Below, piece after piece: positions 49,344-61,460 of a stretch of 64,000 nt of DNA. Below the pieces are notes generated by a model. The model saw only the letters and a list, made by a program, of their open reading frames with translations. It had not been told where the DNA came from and made no database searches. The position numbers and the translations under genes are program-made. The stretch is from Paecilomyces variotii (taxonomy: Eukaryota): NCBI GenBank assembly GCA_004022145.1, contig RCNU01000001.1; one strand, 5' to 3'. How positions within the stretch are numbered: position 1 is the first letter of the stretch; every line of letters starts with the position of its first letter.

Positions 49344-52230
49344 ATGCCGAAGGTTCCAGCCTCGACGGATGCGATCTCGCGAGCGTCTCACCAGAACGGC
49401 AATCAGGACGGAATGCGTAGTCCTGAGGAAGACTGGTCTGGTCCAGATAGTGATGAACCTGTGGGCCAGATTGGTTCCAAAGCGTCTCCCGGATTGAAGA
49501 GGAAACGGCCTACCACTGTGTCGTGAGTACCAAGATCACCCGCAGTTCTGTTTTACTACTATCTTGCTCTTACAAAAATACGAGAACCATCTATAGAGGA
49601 CAAACCTACTGACAGAGAAAGGTGCGAACTATGTAAACTGAGAAAGGTCAAATGTGGTATGTAGATTGTATTACCTACAGTGATTGCCATTCCCGTCTAA
49701 CGATCATGGACAGACCGTGCCCTGCCCAGCTGTGGATGGTGCTCCAGGAATAGGCAGCTATGTGAGTACAAGGAGCGTAAGAAACCAGGCCTGAGGGCAG
49801 GATACGGCAAAGAATTGGAGCAGCGTCTTGGTATGCGTCCTTTTCATACCCAAGTTAGAACAAGGTCCCAATTAATGTCTGCAGATAAACTCGAGGCTAT
49901 TATACAGTCGCAAGGTCGTATAATCGATACATATATTCTCCAGAACCAGGCACGTCCCAACCACGAGTTCTTGGATGGAGGTGCCCTTTCTTCTACATCT
50001 CCTTCGGAACCGTCAGCAATTCATGATCCCAGTCCGCGGGCCACCTTTTCGTTCCACGACCACGCATCTCTATCAATTCCACCTGGGAATAGTGATGCCG
50101 GTTCCGCTAATAAGGAGACAACTTTCATGGCAAGTCCAGCAAAGACTTCAGTTGCCAATGCAGTCCAACCTCAGAGACGAGACCATAGACCATCGTCGAC
50201 GGATCTACCACAGGCCAGTGATATACCTCAAGATTACACCAAGAATGACTCGTCTTTGGACGTCCCGCTAGAGATATTTTCTGACCAACGACAATCCCTT
50301 GCGGATCCAGACCTCGATCTCCCGCCTTACGACCTGCTTTATGCCTTGGTGGATCTCTACTTCGAACACATCAACGTCTGGTGTCCAATCCTCCACCGTC
50401 GCACCACTCTTGACACCCTTTTTGGGCCATCTCCTTTGCAGGAAGCAGATCGTATTGTTCTGTATGCGATTGTCGCCACGACACTTCGCTTTTCCTCCGA
50501 TACACGATTGAATGAGCGGAATCGGAAACGATACTACGATTCCGCGAAGGAAAAGGTCCTTCTCTACGGTCTTGAGAACTCGTCTGTTCAATCTCTCCAA
50601 GCGCTTGTGATACTGGCGTTGGACTTTGTCGGCTCATCGAATGGTCCACCTGGATGGAAGCTGCTTGCACTAATTGCGCGCTCAGTGGTCCAGTTAGGGC
50701 TGGCAGTTGAGTCTGGGTCGGTATTGATCTCGTCTGTCTATCCATCCATATATACACTGCGAGCAGTCATCCTCCCAGAGCCCGCCAACTGGATCGAGGA
50801 TGAGGGCAGACGACGCCTCTTTTGGTCAGTGTACATACTAGACCGTTACTCAACTATAGCAACAGCATTCGATTTCGCGCTGGACGACAAGGACATCGAC
50901 CGCAGACTACCGTGCAAAGATGAATTCTTCTCCAGGAACCAACCAGTCGAGACCAGAAGCTTTCATCGTCATCATAGTCGCACGGACTATGTGACCAGCC
51001 AGTCTCGACATGTCGGCTGGTTCGGGTTCTACGTCGACATTCTGGGTATCCTTTCTCGGATCCATATTTTCTTAAAACGGCCGGTAGATATCAGTTCTCT
51101 GTCGGACGTCGAGGAATGGCAGTCTACGTATCGCAAGCTCGATAACGAGATAACTTCGTGGGAGTTTAGCCTTCCGGCGGAATATGCCCTCGAGAACGGG
51201 TCCCGGTTGTTCACAGCCGCTCGATCCAGCAGGAAGATCCATTGCGGCTGGGTGATGCTGCACGCGGCATATCAAACGTGAGCATATCTCAATTATCGTG
51301 ACAGAAAACAAGCACACATAACTAATCGATTAATACCCCAGCGCTGTCATCCGGCTACACTCGTCAGCAGCATACCCGACCACCCGCTCTCCCATATTCA
51401 CACCCTCCTACGGCGCCAGCCAACAATGTCTTATGGCAGTCGACAACATCCTCTCACTGAGCCGATTTGTCCTGAACAACAACATGCTCGACAGGCTCGG
51501 TCCTCCCTTCGCATTCAGTCTCTGGGTCTCGGCACGCCTTCTCCTCGTCCATGGCTCAACCATCGCTCACACCGTCAGTCCAGACATCGTCTTCTTCGTC
51601 GACACCCTCTCCCGCATGGGCAAGTATTGGAAAGTCGCAGAGCGATACAGCACCATCCTCCAACGCGTCCTCGACGAGTACCGCGAATATCAACAATCCG
51701 CTGAAATCGACAGTGATCGCAGCACTCCTTCCTCTGTCAAAATCCTCGCAGATATGCGCCGCTGTGCGTTCGATCTTGATTTCTTAATATCACGACAACC
51801 GCGCACGTCGCCATCTTCTTCGTCGTCGTCCTCATCCTTCCCTATGCCCAACAACGCAATACCAACAGACCCGTCCATGATAAAACATCCAATAACGCGA
51901 AACCCCGCCCCGAACGAACTCGAGTACCTCGACGTGTTTGGCTTCTTCAACGTTCCCCGCATCCCCATCCTACCGATGGAAGACGAGCCATCAACAACCA
52001 CGACAACAAACATGAACCTCACCAACAACACAAATGATAATATCACCAATAGCAATCCAATATCGATCCCCGGTCTCACAGCAGCAGAAACAAATACCAC
52101 ATCCACCGCACCAACAGGCGCAGAAACAGGAACTGGGACAGGGACAACAACGCCTCATCCACACGGAAACGAATTCAATATCACGAATTATCTCATCCCG
52201 ACTCCTGAAACGGATTGGTTATTTCGATGA
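49344..52230 (+). CDS. rhaR: Zn(II)2Cys6 transcription factor, L-rhamnose regulator RhaR
   Basis: Intron-split binuclear cluster CELCKLRKVKC-DRALPSCGWCSRNRQLCEY and a fungal TF middle domain (EDEGRRRLFWSVYILDRY). Divergent from lraC, as in the known Aspergillus cluster. Confidence 0.9.
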
Positions 52231-53143
52231 ACAATAAAATCAAAGATTGATCATAAAATTATTTAAATGACTCGACTGGAGAAGCAAGTCAGTTTCGACT
52301 CTCATATATGTATTTGTACAGTACACATTTTTTTATTTTTATTTTTATATATTTATTCATTTTTCGTTGATGGGGGGGTTTTTTTTAATTTTTTTTTATT
52401 TCGCGGCTGGAAATCCGTGAATGTCTCTTTCAAGATGTCTATTATTATATCATACTTGTCGACGATGGTTAACTACCCACATCTTTCTCCAACTTTACTC
52501 CATAACTTACTCCACAGCTCGGTTCGGAGATCATGTCATGTCATTATTTCATTTACGGAGCAACTACGGATAAGGATACGGATAAAATCAAGATAACCCC
52601 ACCTCAACGTCAATGCGATTACGTGATGATTATCTTGCTACCTACAATGACATAATTTACAATACTTTTTTTGGAGAGCATAAGATCAGTTATGGAACCG
52701 ATTTCGTTACTTGACATATTTAAAGCTCTTGTACTGTAATACCTCGGCCTGACTACATGAAGTTGGAAAGGAAAGAAAAAGGGAAGACAGTTTACACATG
52801 TACAAGTTCAAAAGATTTTGTTGTCTTTTTTTTTGGTGTGTTTTGTTTAAAAACAGCTTCAGTGGGTACTTGACCGAGTCTGAGGGGGAAAAATCCCAAG
52901 GAGAAAGATGTAGCAGGAGAGGTATAATATCAAACATCGAATCTTAGAAAAGAAGAACTGGGGTTTGAGAAGATAAAATGGTCAAAGAAAAATCGCAGAG
53001 AAATCGCATCGGTTGAAGTCGACCGGTTCATGAGTAGTTACCCGAGGAACTGCATGAATTGTGTTGTATGTGAGTGCGACTTTACACCAGCACCGACTTG
53101 GTTTTCTCATGATGGCTGCGATCTGACTCGTCCCTTAGACCTC

Positions 53144-54109
53144 TTACAGGCTCAGAGACTTACCCAGGTGGAGGGTCATGTGGGTTGTGGAGTCACAGCT
53201 GTGGGTGGCCTGGTCGTCAGTGGGCCAGAGGTAAGCGTCGTTGCAGGCGGTATCACCAGCCGGGCAGTTGACTTGATAGCAGTTGGAGTTGTCTGAGGTG
53301 ACGCTGAAACCCAGCTTGTCAAACAGAGAGGTAATCTCCATGTTGATCAGAGAGACGTCCCACCAGATGATGGGGGTCAGGAGGGTGTACTCGAACTGCA
53401 TGACGTCGTCAAGGTCGGGGGTCGTGGAGATCTTAACGGAGATACCACCGGCATCGGGGTTGGTCTGCCAGTTCTCAGAGTAGCTCTGGCCGTTGGGCAG
53501 AGTGACCATGTTACCGGCCTGCTCACTGGTGGTCCAGAGGTAGATGGTCTGGCCGACCTCGTTGAGAATGGTCACGCCGCCCTGACCACTTCCGGTGGAG
53601 GAGGGCGAAGGAGAGGAGGACGCGACAGAGGTGCTGGTCCAGGCAGAGGAGCTGGAGTAGGTGGAGGTCGACGAAGAAGCGGTCGACGAGGTGAGCGAAA
53701 TGGTCGACGAAGAAGTGAAAGTCGACGAAGACGAAGACGAGGTCGAGCTGGTCGACGGAGTAGGCGTCGGGGTGGGAGTCGGGGTGGACGAGGACGAGGG
53801 AGTCTCGAAGAACTCACCAGCGCCCTCGACAGGGGCGGACGAGGAGGGAGCAGGAGTCGCGCTGGCAGCAGCGCAAGCGCCAGCAGGAGCGGTGCCGTCG
53901 GCCCAGAGGTACTTGCCGCTCTTCACGCCTTCGCAGACCTGCTCAGCAGAGATCTCCTTGCCATCGAGCTGGTAGACATAGACGACATCAGTCGCAACAG
54001 CAGAGGCGGTGTCGCGACGGTGCAAGTGGCGGTGACCATGGCGATGGGCACCCTGGGCGGCAACGAGGGAGCCTGCAGTCGCAAGGAACAGTGCAGTGTT
54101 GAACTTCAT
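53144..54109 (-). CDS. Secreted Ser/Thr-rich protein with a C-terminal Bys1/thaumatin-like domain
   Basis: Signal peptide MKFNTALFLATAGSLVAA, His-rich HRHGHRHLHRR ending in a dibasic site, S/T linker, then GVTILN..IYLW...GGISVKIS...QFEYT...WWDVSLIN...C..VNCPAG...C.DAYLWPTDDQATHSC. Confidence 0.85.
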   Translation of the reverse strand: MKFNTALFLATAGSLVAAQGAHRHGHRHLHRRDTASAVATDVVYVYQLDGKEISAEQVCEGVKSGKYLWADGTAPAGACAAASATPAPSSSAPVEGAGEFFETPSSSSTPTPTPTPTPSTSSTSSSSSSTFTSSSTISLTSSTASSSTSTYSSSSAWTSTSVASSSPSPSSTGSGQGGVTILNEVGQTIYLWTTSEQAGNMVTLPNGQSYSENWQTNPDAGGISVKISTTPDLDDVMQFEYTLLTPIIWWDVSLINMEITSLFDKLGFSVTSDNSNCYQVNCPAGDTACNDAYLWPTDDQATHSCDSTTHMTLHLGKSLSL

Positions 54110-57100
54110 CGTGAGTTATTGGTGGACAATGAGGTGAATCTCGTTTCTCTTCTGGTTATGCTGTCTTATTTCTCTCTATGACCTGTCAAAGGCCGCTGTT
54201 GATGACTAGTTTCGCCGTGTACCTGGTGTGTCAATAATACTGTCAGCACAAGACCTTTTATCCAACGCGTTGTGACGGCTGGACCCCAACAGCGCCTGAG
54301 CATGTTCGTGGCCGTCGACAATCCGACAATGACGGTGAAGGACCTACCAAATGTGCTGTGGCGCAAACCTGTTGCTTGATTGACAATGAACGACCGTACA
54401 CGAGAGCAGGCAGGCAGGAGGCGGAATGACAACCGATCGCAGTAGCAATGAGCTTGGACGAGAAGGACTGTGAGGGATGGGGTTTAAAAGAGTGGAAATG
54501 CGATGGCAGCCGTAGCGGACGAAGCGAACAAGGAAACCAGAGAGACTGACCGAAAAGAAAAGAGAGCGATGAGCGTCTACTTAGACTTGGGAGAGACAGA
54601 AGGAGGGGATGGTGTCGTGGTTAGTGAAAGTAGGGCTGGGCGCTCACATATCAAAGAGCGACGGGATGCAACAGCGCAGTGGACCAACCAGCGTGCAGAA
54701 CCCCTGAACCAGCAGCGCTAGCGACTCTCCGGTTGTTCGCGCTACTCGTTGGCGATGGAGCTTCATGTTGCCAATTGAACGCGCTTCCAATCCCCCTGAG
54801 CCACGCGATAGAAGGGTTATTGGCCAGGATTCGCGCTGCTCATTTTACTGTCCGGCCAGCTCAGGCACCGGGCGGTTGCTGATCTACTCGGGAGGTACTG
54901 CTGGCCTGTAGTGGGATCTACCATACGTTCCATGTTCTGCTGGTTCTATTCGACTCTGCTATACAGAATACAGGGGAAGAACAGGAGATGGCCAGTCTGC
55001 TCCCTGTGGCGAGAAACTGAACTGCCCAGGTTTGCCATAATATAACATAACAATGTGAGAGAGACCAGAGTCATCCTGGCCGTCGATAATAATCATAATA
55101 ATGTCCCAAGGGGTGCAAGTTCAGGGCAGGCCACGTCATTAGTCAGGCTGGCAGCTCCACCATCAACACACTCTCGCTGATTGGCGCATTTGCTCGTTCT
55201 CTCTAACTCCAGTTGGTTCGGGAGGTCAAGTTTGCCCGTCATTTAATTTAATTCACGGTAGACTAATAATTGAACAAATAATATAAGAAAATACATTCAT
55301 TCTCCGTGTTGTTCCATTCTTTTCTCTCTTTCCCAGCAGATCGGATCGCTCCATCCGTGGTTGACTTGGCGCCCCCAATTGACTTTGCGCCTGGGCGACC
55401 CAAGCTTCGCCTGTCCAGAAGCTTGTCCCTGGCCAAGAACGGCGAATCGTTGCTTGTTCTCAGCCCTGCGCATGGGAGAATTTCCAAAGGGTGGGAAATA
55501 ACAAGATAGGGAAAAGGGAGGCAAGGATTCTATACAACTCGTGGGGGTTTGCGCTGACCGTAAACGGAGTCAGCGGGATGTCCAGTAGCCAGATGAGAGT
55601 CGAATTTTTCCCCTCTCTCTCCCGCTTTTTCCTTTTTTTTCTTGTCTGTTAAGATTAACCTCGTCGCGATCTACTCTTAGATGTAATCTCATCGCATTTG
55701 TCGAGGGGATAACGAATAACGATCTGCTATGTAGGTGCAGAAGAATACTCGCCCCTTGCTTAGCTGGGCGACTCCCCGATCTGACCCTAACTACAAATTT
55801 GACCAAACAGCCAATCTCATTGTAAAAAGAATAGCCCTACGAGTGGATATAACCCATCTGTCACATCAAAAACTCGAGTAACTAACTAATAATTATTATT
55901 ATTATGTATTCTACCATAAACCAATCCCACTACTTCGGATACCTCCCGACGTTGCCAAGGAAAAACCCCATCTTTTCTAGAACTTTTGCTTCGCGGTGGC
56001 AACGCTTGGTATTATTCCCAGTATTATTATTATCCGTCATTGGGCCCGAAAAACTTTTCCGCCCCTCTTTTTTACGTCTTTCTTTCTTTCTTTCTTTCTA
56101 AGTTCCTTTTTAACGTTTAATTAATTCACTGACAATAGATCAATAGTTTAACCCATGTTCCTCGGTTCGGGCCTCAGAAAAGAACCAAAGAATGACCGAC
56201 CAATGCGGGATGAAGACGTGCTACCTAGAAGTTCGCTTCGGTCGGTGGATCTTTAAGTATAGCGGTGTTCGATTTTTCTCAGTACGTACCAAGTTCTAAC
56301 GCTCTTGAGATGTCCATTATTGTCTAATAATAATGGGATTAATCCACATTTGAAATAATGAGTCATTATTGCTCTAGACTGGTTAAGTTAACAAAAGAAG
56401 CGAGATCAATTCAGTTATCCATGGTCGAGTCTGATAAATCTGATGGATTGTATTCACCGAAGTCGGGATTTACGGATGGATCGGATGTAAGGATTTTGTT
56501 AGCTTTCTGATTATAATAATAATATAAGAAACGTGTTTGTGATAGGTTGTTGGTCAATATTGCCCTATTTCTAGGCTCGCTTAAGTACTTCTAGTCGAAC
56601 GAATGCGACGCATGTGTAGAAATGCTAGCAGAATTTTTGTGCAGGGTGTAGATAATTCAATAATCAACCACTGGAGAATTTTCAGCTGCCAAAAGCCAGA
56701 AAATACAGGATAAATCCTCCCGTCTACCTAGACTTTCTCCAGCGTTACTCGTTGTCTGCTGCGAAGCGAAGCCAACAGAACATGGCTTCTCGCTGAAAGA
56801 AAACGACGACCATAGTTACTATCCTCAACTCAATACCAGACCAAATAGTCCCCAAGGTAGGAAAATCAAACTACGATGCATCACGCTGTTCAAAACAATA
56901 GAATCAGCTACTACTACAGCAGCGACAATCATTGGCTTGCTGATAAATTACACGAGTTATGTTAGATGTGCTTGGCTCCTGCCTTGACGTTTCGAAACGT
57001 AGTAGACTAAATACCTACTTATGCAGGGTTACACCCCCCACGCTTTGTTTTAGCCGCAAGCTGAAACTCAGCAGAAACGAAGCCGACTCTTTTAATCAGC

Positions 57101-58440
57101 ACCCAGTACTTCTGCATAATTAGCTCTTCGATTGCGAAAAATGAGTTTCTTATGTTCCTGAGGTCGCATCTTGGTTCGAGAATACCGAATTATGGGATAG
57201 CACTCGGTGCTGGAACTGGAGAGTGAGTGGGCTTTAGAACAGGTCATATCCGCTTGCTTGTATACAAGAGTTGACTGACTGGCGTATGTCGCTTCCTCTG
57301 GGAACTTTATCCTATGGTTAATGAATTGATTGCTTGACCTGATATCTGTAAATTTGTTTTGTTTCCTAGAATACCCCTGAATTCCGTTTATCTACATATA
57401 ATATAGTCTTACTCTATTCTTCACAGGTCCTCCTTCCTGATTCCGCGGTACAGTGCTCCCACACCCCCTTTCCATGTCGGACGCCATCTTCTGAAACGCT
57501 CGAGGTATCCAGATGCTCAACTGCCCAAGTCTGTCCTTGAGAAATAGGGCTCTGCGATAACCTCTACAGACCACATGGTGACTACCTGCTCTAGAAGAGC
57601 TTTCGGAGCGAGACTGACTCCTTCCGTCCACGGAGATATCGGGAGGACTTGTCCCTTTTTGGTCTGCGCGTACTCATGGCAAACCTCTTCATAATATTCT
57701 GCATACTTCTCGCCTCTAGGTGACTTGATGTTACTTATTTTACACCCTTTATATAGGGTAGTAGCGAACTTTGCAGCTCGTCTCCAATAAAGCAGCTGGG
57801 CGTCGACAATTGAATAAGGGATCCTTGCCACTGTATAATGCGTTCAATTAATCCACGGCAGTATGGTGCAACATACACACCCACTAGCATTGCAATAACT
57901 TAAAACAATCGTCATAGAAAATCGGACGTTGAATTACATGTATCATGTAACAAAAGTGTAGGATACGATATTGTAATCAATCAATAGCTGCATTTGCAGT
58001 AGTGGTTGTATTGACAGATATATACATGCATGCTTTGGGAGATGCGTCCTGGATTTCCGACCGAGAACTACTGTTGTGGGATGACATTGTGAGACTCAGC
58101 GTAGAGCCTTGAGGGATGAGGATATCAAGGAGTAGGAGGATAGCATGCGGTTTCAGAGCTCAAGGTAGAGCTTGAGGAAAGGCTCTGCCTGTGGCGTGGC
58201 ATAACTAGCTGGCGTATACTACTGATTAATAGCTGATGGACGTAGACTATTATTACCCCATATTGAAGCCGAACTAAAACAGTAGAATTGCTTGTCTCTC
58301 CCCTTTTGCTCTTCGTCTCCCCTTTTAAATACAATCTGAATCTCTCCCTCACGTGCTCTCCTAGCAATTTGAACTTCACCCCATTGCACTATGTAGTGCC
58401 CCCTAGTGCCAAAAGTCACTTTGTTCCGAGGACTCTAGTG

Positions 58441-59064
58441 CTAATGGTTATGTAGCATGTCTCTAAGAGCTCGCTGCACCGAATTTGCCTCATCGATGAT
58501 GTGGTAGAAATCGCGTCCCTGACTATTTCCATATGCTCTGCCAGGACGCCACGGAACCACATTTTGTCCAGGATCATCGTAAGCAAAAAACCGCACTCTC
58601 AGTCCTATCGCAAGAATTCCATAAACGCGGGTACGCTGAGCAACTGGTCTTCTCCCATGCTGCATATAGAGATATCCTCCCAGCTGCTCTGCACCAGATT
58701 TCCAAATATTCCGCTGGTCTTGGAGAGAATATTTCTTGCACTGTGTAATTAAAAAATGCACACGACGGCCTCCCCGCCACTGGAGCGTATGGAAGTGGGA
58801 AAGCCATGTGTACCACCATACTGTGTATGCATGTCCTGCGGACGGGTGATGTACCCGTCAACTGGATCGAAAACCCAATTGAGAATGGAGTTCCAGACCC
58901 CATTGACGTGTCCTTCTGAACTGTTCGAATCCAATGCGTGAATCTCCGCGGCTATGCTAGGGATATCGAGATACTAGAAGTGGTAAGTATAAAGACGACC
59001 TGTTATACATGATTGAACATACCGTAGTGCCCACTGCAGCGGGATTAAGGCGCGGTGCAGCCAT
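58441..59064 (-). pseudogene. Frameshifted small gene, PD-(D/E)XK nuclease-like fold
   Basis: Exon 1 MAAPRLNPAAVGTT, intron gtatgt...ttctag, exon 2 YLDIPSI...EGHVNGVWNSILNWVFDPVDGYITRPQ...HGFP. A 1-bp frameshift at about 58796-58797 then leads to FHTLQWRGGRRVHFLITQCKK...WKSGAEQLGGYL...VYGILAIGLRVRFFAYD...VQRALRDMLHNH*. Confidence 0.7.
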
Positions 59065-59663
59065 TCTTTGTAAAATGTGGTAATAGCGGTTTTCGAGAAG
59101 CAGTCAAGACCGAAGACAGGTAGATGATAAAAGCGCTTGAGCTAAAGGCTCTGCAAAAAATGGATGAAGGATATGGTTTTGTTCTTTTTTTTTTTTTTTC
59201 ATGAAGGCTGTGGGTATGGAGACGAAGATATATCATAATTTATAGGATATTGATGCTCATGTTGTATTCAGCTATTGTCTCATGAATGCTATTGTTGATA
59301 CATTTTCTAGAGTGACTTCTTTATTCAGCTATAGTCAGGATTGACCACCGGTATAGACTCTATTGATAAGTACTACATAATGGTTTTTTGTGTTAACACA
59401 ATCGCCGCCAATGGGCCAACATTCCCGTCATAAAGAATGCTCGCTGGGGGTTGGAGAATCCAGTCGTCCTTAAAGAAAGGAAGAAAGAAATAAAGAACTC
59501 CGCGGAAGAAGCAATATGGTCAGTCAGCTACTCGGCTACTCTCTTATCGTCGTTTTTAACTGTGGTAATGCTATGAATGTTATGTGGTATTATACTATTT
59601 GCAAATCTCAGAGATACTAAGCTAGCCTTAAACGTCATAATTTACGGAGACCGACCTCGCTTC

Positions 59664-61460
59664 TTAATCACTTGAGGCAGGCTTCTGCCCGTAGACACAG
59701 TAACTGTTGAACATGACGTGTCAGCTTAATATTCCATTTCTCGATTTGTTTCAAAAGTCCAGGAAAAATCCCGCAACTCATGCAAAGTACTAGATGAGAG
59801 GTTCTGCTTGGACTCACATCTTATTGTAGCAATGTAGAGACTTGTTGGTAATTTCTCGCCTCACCAAAGCCAGGAAGATCTCAGCTTCCTCTTGCGTATA
59901 GCCCGCACCTCGCGTCAACAGCGCCAGACCATATGCGCTGACGGCCTCCATCATGTTGCACAGCTGGAATTTTCCGATCTCCTTGAGACGTGCGTCTTTC
60001 GGCCAGGGGCCCCACGGCACCTATATCCAGCGAGTTAGGAACAGGAACTGAGTCTGGTTACGGGATTTAAAGCAAAGTGGAATACGGAGCTGACCTTGTA
60101 GATCTCAACTTTGACGTTTTCGAACCCCAGACTTTTCATCCAAGGCCCAAGGTTGTCGACGATATCCATAGACCTGCCCGCCTTCTCGCTCTGTTCTCTG
60201 ATAAGTTTGAGACTGTGACAGGGGTAAGCGCTGAACCATTGTATCGAAGCTTCGGCCGAGAGAAAACATACTAGCTCAATATACGTGAGTCTTCCTTCAG
60301 GCTTCCGTCGTCGCTCTCTGCCCCGATGGTCCCTAGGATAAGTAAGCGGACTGTTCTGTATGCGAGATATAAGGAATTCCGTACCTTCGTGAAACTCAAC
60401 CCAACCGCCAGGTTTCGTGTGTCTGTAATAGCGACAGTTAAGATACATGGTTTTTCCCTGGCAAGAGATGGCACATACCTGTAAGCTGTCGCCAAGAGTT
60501 CTTTCCAATCCTTAACTGAACTATACACAATGGCTATCAGCACATGGACGTCACCAAAAGATGAAACTATGTACATACCCAGATAGTGTGCGGCCGTGGA
60601 TGAAGTCGAAATGGTTGTCAGGGTAGCTCCAGTCTTCTTCAAAATCTTCCACGATGAATTCGCAGTTCGGAGGAACGAATTTGGGTTGTATGGGGCTGAG
60701 ATCATTTCCAACCACTGATGCGGATTGGTGGACGCTGTTTTTCAGAACGTAAGCATTTCAGTCTACTCTGACCCAGAAGGTGTCGTACTCTGCCATATCG
60801 ATCGCCCAAATACCGGTCCCAGTACCAAGGTCCAGCACGGACTGAGGATTCTTCACCGGTGATTTATAGAGGTCTCCATGTAGTGTGAGCGTAAATCTGG
60901 AAATTTCGTAACCCATATCAGTGTCATGTTTGGAGGCGCTTTGCGTTGGCTGAGGAGACTGACAGATGGTGCACCTGAAAATGTATCATGTAAGCCGTCA
61001 TCCAAGTCAATTGAGCGCCGGGGTCAGAGTCTAGATCCACATACAAAATCCAACCTTTCCATCTCCTTTTCATCGTTGGGGAGACTTTTTGCATGTCAGT
61101 GGGTCATAATAGCCAAATGTGGCTGAAAACAATGCAGGCTCACACATATTTCCCCTAGTAACGGTCAGAACCGATATCCCAATGTAGGACATGCTGTATC
61201 GGATACTTACCTCTCGGTAAGAATGGTATCTCCTGCCATTCTCATAGACATAGTTCTGCACACTGGATGACAAGGATGTCAAGTCCGAGGCCCCGTCACT
61301 ATAGTAATCACTGCTGCTATCGTCTTCCACCTGCTATACATTAGTCCGGCTTTCCTATGTCAGGGCACTGTCAAGAACCCTGCCACGAGCCAATGCGATT
61401 TCGTACCTGAATGATCCCCTCATGCGGAACCACGTGCTGAGCGGGGGTAGTTTCTGCCAT
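59664..61460 (-). CDS. SAM-dependent methyltransferase, LaeA-like family (intron-rich)
   Basis: About a dozen exons. SLSSSVQNYVYENGRRYHSYREGKYVLPNDEKEMERLD, VLDLGTGTGIWAIDMA, VGNDLSPIQP, FDFIHGR, KPGGWVEFHE, PWGPWPKDARLKEIG; ends YCVYGQKPASSD*. Confidence 0.92.

Noticed and set aside
57392..57910. Overlapping minus-strand ORFs with a possible gtatgt...cag intron
   Set aside because: No consistent gene model or recognisable family could be assembled. It may be a relic but I cannot support it.
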